This document shows positions 58,133 to 64,000 of a stretch of DNA of 64,000 bases, piece by piece; within the stretch, counting starts at the first letter, position 1; every line of letters begins with the position of its first letter. Made by a program: the position numbers and the translations under genes. The notes beneath the pieces are model-generated. The model was not told where the DNA came from. It worked only from the letters and a program-made list of their open reading frames with translations, and made no database searches. Source of the DNA: Alphaproteobacteria bacterium (GTDB taxonomy: Bacteria > Pseudomonadota > Alphaproteobacteria > RF32 > CAG-239); the NCBI GenBank assembly GCA_017457005.1, contig JAFTII010000030.1:13669-77668 (forward strand), read 5' to 3'.

Positions 58133-59671
58133 ATGCTTAAAAAAATAGCTTCAATCCGTGGCGGATTAACATTTTTACTTATTTTGGCAATCATATATGC
58201 TATATATGGAATTTATTACAAAATTGAATATTGGGGTTTTAGTTTCAGTCCCAAACAAAATACCAATCTCTGGTCTATAGAGGCTCATATATCATTTACT
58301 CCGACCAACACCCCGATTAAAATAAATCTTACCACCCCCCGTAGTAATGATGCATTTAAAATTTTAGAAGAAAATATTATTGCTCCCGATTACAAAATAA
58401 AACGTAACAAAACAAAATCTCTGCTTACTCTTACCGCTCCGGCCAAAAATCCGGAAGACAAACAAAACTTATACTATAAAATAATGTTGTTTGATAATAT
58501 TGATACTCGTGGCAAAATCAAGGCTCCCCAACCTCAAGCCCCCCAACAACCGATTTTTGACAACCAAAAATTGGCCGCAGCAAAACAAATTTTAGATTTG
58601 GCTGAAAAAATGGATGGAGACAGTGTCTCTCAAATCATATTGCTACTTAATCAAGAACCTTTGGCACCGGCAGTTCAATCCTACCTACCGGTAAAAAATA
58701 CTCAACAACAAACTGTTGAAATTATCAGTGATTTATTAGCCCTAAAACAAATTCCCTCTCGTCCTGCCAGAGGCTTCAAATTGGAAGAAAGCAAAAAATC
58801 CCTATCTCCTGATTTAATGCTTGAAGCCTATATTGATGGCGTATGGAAACTCTATGATATCAGAACCGGCAAAAAAGGCCTACCTGACAACTTCATCTTA
58901 TTCCAACGAGGCGGAAAATCCCTCATAGATGTCATCGGCGGAGAAGATTCTGTAATTAAGTTTTCTGTTCTTAAATCCGTTAAATCTACAATGAGTCTGG
59001 CCGGTCAACGAGCCAAACTCATGGATTCTCAAGGTTGGTTTAACTATTCTATATACAACCTCCCGTTATCTCAACAAAACACATTAAAATGGTTGTCTAT
59101 TTTTCCGTTGGGAATCTTATTGATTGTACTAATGCGTAACGTTGTCGGTATCCAAACTATGGGAACTTTCACTCCGATGTTGCTTTCTATGGCTCTGGTA
59201 AAAACCGGATTTTGGGCAGGTATGGGATGTTTTTCAATTATGATTCTTTTGGGACTTATTATCCGCTCTCTGATGAATCGTTTTAACTTATTGCTTGTTC
59301 CGCGTATTTCTGCCGTAGTTATTTTTGTAATTTTAATTATGCAAGAGCTAACTGTTTTAGGCTACAGCTTAGATCTTCATATTGCTCAATCAGCAGTATT
59401 TTTTCCGATTATTATTACCGCCTGGATTATTGAAAGAGCCTCCATTACTTGGGAAGAAGAAGGCCCGCTTAACGCCGGAAAAGAAATTTTCAATTCTCTG
59501 CTCGTTGCCATAATTGTTTATTTTGTAATCAGCAGTGAATACATCCGTCATATAATGTTCGCCTTTAACGAATTAAACATTATAATATTATTTATTGTGA
59601 TGTTACTCGGCACATATACCGGTTACCGTTTATTGGAACTAAAACGCTTTAGTCCGATAGTAAAGAGGTAA
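58133..59671 (+). CDS. inactive-transglutaminase-like N-domain fused to a 7-TM domain
   Basis: 512 aa with an N-terminal TM helix and a periplasmic domain. The C-terminal multi-TM block begins LMRNVVGIQTMGTFTPMLLSMAL, as in the 7TM_transglut family. Confidence 0.78.
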   Translation: MLKKIASIRGGLTFLLILAIIYAIYGIYYKIEYWGFSFSPKQNTNLWSIEAHISFTPTNTPIKINLTTPRSNDAFKILEENIIAPDYKIKRNKTKSLLTLTAPAKNPEDKQNLYYKIMLFDNIDTRGKIKAPQPQAPQQPIFDNQKLAAAKQILDLAEKMDGDSVSQIILLLNQEPLAPAVQSYLPVKNTQQQTVEIISDLLALKQIPSRPARGFKLEESKKSLSPDLMLEAYIDGVWKLYDIRTGKKGLPDNFILFQRGGKSLIDVIGGEDSVIKFSVLKSVKSTMSLAGQRAKLMDSQGWFNYSIYNLPLSQQNTLKWLSIFPLGILLIVLMRNVVGIQTMGTFTPMLLSMALVKTGFWAGMGCFSIMILLGLIIRSLMNRFNLLLVPRISAVVIFVILIMQELTVLGYSLDLHIAQSAVFFPIIITAWIIERASITWEEEGPLNAGKEIFNSLLVAIIVYFVISSEYIRHIMFAFNELNIIILFIVMLLGTYTGYRLLELKRFSPIVKR

Positions 59672-59676
59672 AATTC

Positions 59677-60639
59677 ATGCTTAAATGGTTATCTAAATTT
59701 TGCTCTCCTCAACAATTATATGATGCCGGCGTTTTAGGAATGAATGCTCGTAATTTTCACATCATCAGTAAGCATAATCAAAGACGACTTTATCCGTTGG
59801 TTGATGACAAAGTTCAAACCAAAACTTTAGCTAATAATATCGGCATAAGCACTCCTAAATTAATCGGCAAAATAGAGCATCAATACGAAGTTAAAAATAT
59901 CTTAGATATCATAAACCAATATACCGAATTTGTAATCAAACCTGCACAAGGCAGTGGCGGCAAAGGTGTCTTAGTTATTAGCGATTATCATGATGGTATT
60001 TTCACCACCGCCTCCGGTCGCAAAATCTCTTATGCCGAAGTATATCAACACATATCCAATATTCTAAGCGGATTGTATTCATTAGGTGGCAAATATGATA
60101 CTGCCATCATAGAAGAACTTGTACACTTTTCTGATGTCTTCAAAGAATACAGTTACCAAGGAGTTCCTGATGTCAGGCTTATAATTTACAAAGGTTATCC
60201 GATTATGGCCATGACCAGATTACCAACTAAAGCATCCGGTGGGCGCGCCAATCTTCATCAAGGAGCCGTTGGGGTAGGCTTGAATATCCAAACCGGAAAA
60301 GCCTTACACGGTGTTCTACGTAACCAGCCGGTTACAATTCAACCTGATACCGGAGCAGATTTAATGCAAATTCAAGTTCCATATTGGCAAGAGCATTTAT
60401 TAATTGGCGCTCTTGCTTATGATATGACCGGACTTGGATATTTAGGAGCTGATATTGTACTGGATGCCAATAAAGGACCTATGATGTTAGAACTTAATGC
60501 ACGCCCCGGCTTAGCAATTCAGATTGCCAATGGATTTGGCTTAAAAACCAAAATCAAAGAAGTTGATAAATACTACCCTGAAAATTTGACTGCAAATGAA
60601 CGTGTCAAATTTGTTTTAAATTACCGACATGCAAAATAA
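59677..60639 (+). CDS. alpha-L-glutamate ligase-like ATP-grasp protein (RimK-related, TIGR02291-like)
   Basis: 320 aa with FVIKPAQGSGGKGVLVI, RANLHQGAVGV and LELNARPGL. It starts 5 nt after the upstream gene. Confidence 0.86.
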   Translation: MLKWLSKFCSPQQLYDAGVLGMNARNFHIISKHNQRRLYPLVDDKVQTKTLANNIGISTPKLIGKIEHQYEVKNILDIINQYTEFVIKPAQGSGGKGVLVISDYHDGIFTTASGRKISYAEVYQHISNILSGLYSLGGKYDTAIIEELVHFSDVFKEYSYQGVPDVRLIIYKGYPIMAMTRLPTKASGGRANLHQGAVGVGLNIQTGKALHGVLRNQPVTIQPDTGADLMQIQVPYWQEHLLIGALAYDMTGLGYLGADIVLDANKGPMMLELNARPGLAIQIANGFGLKTKIKEVDKYYPENLTANERVKFVLNYRHAK

Positions 60640-60692
60640 AAATAAATTACCTATATAAATATCATCATTAATTTTAGAAAGGATATTTTAAA

Positions 60693-61310
60693 ATGGCAAA
60701 AGAAACTAAGCTTCTCAAATCTGAAGAAACCCCCAAATTAGGTAAAACTAACACTAAAGGAATCAAAGGATCTGAAACCAAAAAGCTTACTCAAAGCAAA
60801 ACCAGAGCAAAAAAAATCAAGCACTCATATAACGTCAAAGATGCCGAGAACTCTCTTCTGCTCAAACTTAAAGATGGAGATGTTGTTATTGAAATGTTAC
60901 CTGACGTTGCCCCCAACCACGTCGCTCGCATTAAAGAATTGGTAAGAGCAGAGTTTTATAACGGCTTAAAGTTTCATCGCGTTATAGACGGTTTTATGGC
61001 TCAAACCGGTTGCCCTTACGGAACCGGTACTGGTGGCAGCGGCAAAAAGCTTAAAGCCGAATTCAATCGCACCCCACATCAAAGAGGTACTGTTTCCATG
61101 GCTCGTTCCATGTTTCCGGATTCTGCCGATAGTCAATTTTTTATATGTTTTGCAGATTGTAGTTGGCTCAATGGTCAATATACCGTATGGGGGCAAGTAA
61201 CCTCGGGAATGGAATTTGTAGATAACATCAAAAAAGGAACCGGATCTAACGGCGAGGTTTCTGATCCTGATGAAATTATCAGTATGAGTATAATTGCTGA
61301 CTTAGCCTAA
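60693..61310 (+). CDS. ppiB: cyclophilin-type peptidyl-prolyl isomerase with a basic N-terminal extension
   Basis: FHRVIDGFMAQTGCP, SMARS..PDSADSQFFI and VWGQV. The first roughly 50 aa are K/T/S-rich. Confidence 0.92.
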   Translation: MAKETKLLKSEETPKLGKTNTKGIKGSETKKLTQSKTRAKKIKHSYNVKDAENSLLLKLKDGDVVIEMLPDVAPNHVARIKELVRAEFYNGLKFHRVIDGFMAQTGCPYGTGTGGSGKKLKAEFNRTPHQRGTVSMARSMFPDSADSQFFICFADCSWLNGQYTVWGQVTSGMEFVDNIKKGTGSNGEVSDPDEIISMSIIADLA

Positions 61311-61338
61311 AAAAAATGCCCCTCGGGGCATTTTTTTT
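61311..61338. terminator. bidirectional rho-independent terminator
   Basis: AAAAAAATGCCCC-TC-GGGGCATTTTTTTT. Confidence 0.85.
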
Positions 61339-61657
61339 ATTCATCATCATCATTTGTATCATCTTCATTTTTCTCAAATATCAAACGCCACAATGGTTTA
61401 CGGTACATCCATAGATTAAACACTCCCAAGGCCACCGAAATCATCCCGAAGAGAAACAAAATATAATACCAATTAAGTTGGTTAGCATCCATCATCACAT
61501 CTTGCCTGCTTAATCGCACAAAACCTATTGCTATTGATGTAACAATAAAAGAAAAAATAAAAGCTAAAGTCCACAGCTTATATTGTACATGCTTAGGTAG
61601 TATAAATGCTGTAATGATATACAACAACAAAAACGCAAAAAATAAATATAATTCCAT
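61337..61657 (-). CDS. small hypothetical membrane protein with an acidic tail
   Basis: 106 aa with 3 TM helices, ending EDDTNDDDE. SD AAGGAGAA. Confidence 0.6.
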   Translation of the reverse strand: MELYLFFAFLLLYIITAFILPKHVQYKLWTLAFIFSFIVTSIAIGFVRLSRQDVMMDANQLNWYYILFLFGMISVALGVFNLWMYRKPLWRLIFEKNEDDTNDDDE

Positions 61658-61736
61658 AACTTTCTCCTTATCTTAAAATATTATTTTTATTAAATATAAT
61701 CACACAATTTAAGATTTGGAGTATCTAAATTAAGCA

Positions 61737-61773
61737 AAACCCGCTCTGATTGTTTCCAATCAAAACGGGTTTC
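61737..61773 (-). terminator. hairpin terminator
   Basis: AAACCCG...CGGGTTT with an inner GATTG/CAATC stem. Confidence 0.6.
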
Positions 61774-61776
61774 ACC

Positions 61777-62244
61777 TTATTTTACTGCTTTTTTTATCAG
61801 ACCTACAATACATAGGCTAATAAAACAGATTATAGATATAACAATTACAGTTCCGCCGCCATCAGCAGATGCATTTCTAAACAACCAAGCTAACAGCCAA
61901 ATGCCTACACCAACAATTGCTATACCTATAATATATGGTAGCAACTTAAAAAAGATTACTACAAACAACAGCACCAGGGCGATAGCTGTCAGAACACAGT
62001 ATCCTGTATCTACCACTACCCCTGAACCTGGTACCACAAAAGCCAAAATTATGAAAATTGCTGCTGCAATTCCCATAAATTTTGCCATGTAGTACCCAAA
62101 CATACTGCTTGCATTTTTTCCTACAAGCATCGCGCCAAAAGCGATAATTATCGCTGTAATGATGCAAAACAATTTTCCCATATCTCTATGTATTTTAATT
62201 ATTATCAACCTAAAAGTAAGTAAGCGCCATATTATAATACTCAT
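61777..62244 (-). CDS. hypothetical polytopic membrane protein
   Basis: 155-aa ORF. An alternative start at 62181 (MGKLFCIITAII) is plausible. 4 TM helices. Confidence 0.55.
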   Translation of the reverse strand: MSIIIWRLLTFRLIIIKIHRDMGKLFCIITAIIIAFGAMLVGKNASSMFGYYMAKFMGIAAAIFIILAFVVPGSGVVVDTGYCVLTAIALVLLFVVIFFKLLPYIIGIAIVGVGIWLLAWLFRNASADGGGTVIVISIICFISLCIVGLIKKAVK

Positions 62245-62379
62245 AAAATCTTACCTACTTTAAACATTGAATAAAATCAAATCTATAAAGAATGGCAAAG
62301 GAACACAAAATAATATAACATAAAACTTACTTACGTTATACATTATATCATATTTTTAATAAAAGTAACAAGACAAATT

Positions 62380-64000
62380 TTATCTGCTTAATTCCGGCCA
62401 TTTTCCGGAGGCAACTTGCTCCAAAGTCGGATTATCAAACCCAAAACGCATATTATATATCCAATAGTTCGCCATTACCCGTTCAATATAAATTCTGGTT
62501 TCTGCCGAAGGTATAGCTTCAATAAACAACAAAGCATCTTTGCCGTAACGAGTTGTTTTTTGCCATTTCAACAAATTTCCCGGTCCGGCATTATAGGCTG
62601 TCATCATATAAAACAAATTTCCATCTATAAAAGTCTTACCCAGTAAATAGCTGACATATTTTTGCCCTAATTTTAAATTATACTTCGGACGCAACAATTT
62701 AGACTTATCTTTTTTCAAATTAGCATCTTTGGTTATATGATAAGCCGTACGAGGCATTAACTGCATCAATCCACATGCTCCGGCTCCGCTTTCTGCTTCC
62801 GGCTTAAAAGACGACTCCTGTCTTACAAGTGCCAAAACCAATGCCTCCTCAACATTCCAACCATGTGTCGGCCACCATTGCGGTATCGGATAAGCAAGAG
62901 CATCATAACTCCGATTATTAGCCAAATCTTTACATTCATTTCCGGCATATATTGCTAAGGAATGTAGTCCGAATTGATTTGCGATAAAGACAACTGCTTC
63001 TCGTTGTTTATCATTCATATTCTGATACCCGAAACGCAACTCTGCTTCAGCTAATTTGGTTTGTTTTGCTTTCAGCAAAATAACCGCTCTCCGAATATGT
63101 GCAGACCGGACTAACTCATAAATAAAATCAAGCTGATTAAAATCATTCAGATAAGCAACCGCATCCCAATTATAATCCGGTAATTTGCCTAATTTATATA
63201 CTGCCATAATGCCATACATCGTATGCTTATATTTAGATGCTGCTTCCAGCATTTTTTGAGCTTTTTGTTTCTGCCCTAACCTCATATATGCCCTATAAGC
63301 CCAATATCCTCCGGCAGATACCAACCATTCATCGGTATTTTTAGATACTGCTAATCTGGAAAAATATGTTGCTGCATTTTTATAATGTTTTTGTCTCCAT
63401 GCTGATAATCCGGCCACCCAAGATGCCGTGCCTGATGTCCGGCGCTTTGCTGCTTTGGTTGCCCACTGCCAAGCCAGTTTATCATATCCGTCAACAAAAT
63501 ATTTTTGCGCTAAGATAGCTGCCAAGTCATCCCAATTTTTATTTGGCAATATTTTGCGTAATTTTGGTTGTTCCAGTATCAACCTTGCGCGTTTTGTTTT
63601 TCCTTGTCTTATGGCCTTTTTAAAAGCAGTAACCTGATTACGCAAATATTTTTTGGTCTGAACATCAAACTTACGCTGTTTGGTAAAAACTCCACCATAT
63701 ATTTCAGGAGAATTCAACCCATCTTCATTACCTTTATTTTTACGAACTGCCAACTTAAATATACGTTCTGCTTGGGCATGATCACTGTATTTTTCCAACC
63801 ATTGCTTAAGTTCGTCCAACGTACTTTGATATTGAGGATGCAAATACTTTGCAGCAAGAACCGTTCCCAATAATATATGATTACTCAAATCATCAACCAG
63901 TTCATCGGCTTTTTCAAAATCAGCATTATCTATATGACGAAAAATCTTTTTATATAAATAAACATCATCATTATCTACCAATAAATATTTCAATATATAA
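62380..64000 (-). CDS. slt: soluble lytic murein transglycosylase (Slt70-like), N-terminus beyond the window
   Basis: SLT catalytic motif RQESSFKPEAESGAGACGLMQLMP with a superhelical repeat region upstream. The frame stays open to the right edge, and the track start at 63993 is only a TTG. Confidence 0.88.
   Translation of the reverse strand, partial: YILKYLLVDNDDVYLYKKIFRHIDNADFEKADELVDDLSNHILLGTVLAAKYLHPQYQSTLDELKQWLEKYSDHAQAERIFKLAVRKNKGNEDGLNSPEIYGGVFTKQRKFDVQTKKYLRNQVTAFKKAIRQGKTKRARLILEQPKLRKILPNKNWDDLAAILAQKYFVDGYDKLAWQWATKAAKRRTSGTASWVAGLSAWRQKHYKNAATYFSRLAVSKNTDEWLVSAGGYWAYRAYMRLGQKQKAQKMLEAASKYKHTMYGIMAVYKLGKLPDYNWDAVAYLNDFNQLDFIYELVRSAHIRRAVILLKAKQTKLAEAELRFGYQNMNDKQREAVVFIANQFGLHSLAIYAGNECKDLANNRSYDALAYPIPQWWPTHGWNVEEALVLALVRQESSFKPEAESGAGACGLMQLMPRTAYHITKDANLKKDKSKLLRPKYNLKLGQKYVSYLLGKTFIDGNLFYMMTAYNAGPGNLLKWQKTTRYGKDALLFIEAIPSAETRIYIERVMANYWIYNMRFGFDNPTLEQVASGKWPELSR

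Overview
This is an AT-rich Gram-negative chromosomal segment. Three 60-nt lines I counted by hand gave 37% GC in dnaG and 42-47% GC in the 28.4 kb patch. Gene content and order (GatB/YqeY-dnaG-rpoD, rpiB-glyA, nrdR-nusB-def-fmt, ssb/uvrA, OprB porin, lipid A phosphoethanolamine transferase, MacAB efflux) suggest a small-genome, possibly host-associated alphaproteobacterium, but that placement is inference only. I can support about 55 protein genes, 4 tRNAs (Leu-GAG, Ile2/Met-CAU, Cys-GCA, Asn-GUU), many hairpin terminators and a few sigma70-like promoters. I saw no CRISPR array, transposase, integrase or rRNA. Housekeeping blocks are interrupted by accessory patches made of orphan genes. (1) 9.1-14.5 kb is a run of monocistronic orphans around tRNA-Ile2, including a 465-aa protein with a diverged RelA/SpoT-like motif series behind a perfect 15-bp inverted repeat. 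(2) 28.3-30.5 kb is a three-gene, compositionally atypical, Shine-Dalgarno-less cassette. (3) 36.4-40.8 kb has stacked copies of the tRNA-Asn 3' end (att-type scars) followed by orphans, a DUF4143 AAA ATPase and an acyltransferase. (4) 52.2-53.7 kb and 55.3-56.1 kb hold further orphans. The best-defined but functionally unresolved system is the operon at 57.6-60.6 kb (retropepsin-like protease, 7TM transglutaminase-like protein, RimK-related ATP-grasp ligase). Other points worth a look are an orphan flagellin with a beta-helix-like insert, a 4xCxC mini-protein upstream of trxB, a bacterial MIF-type tautomerase next to an eptA/mcr-like gene, and a greA leader terminator. All family calls come from motif recognition by eye; no searches were run.
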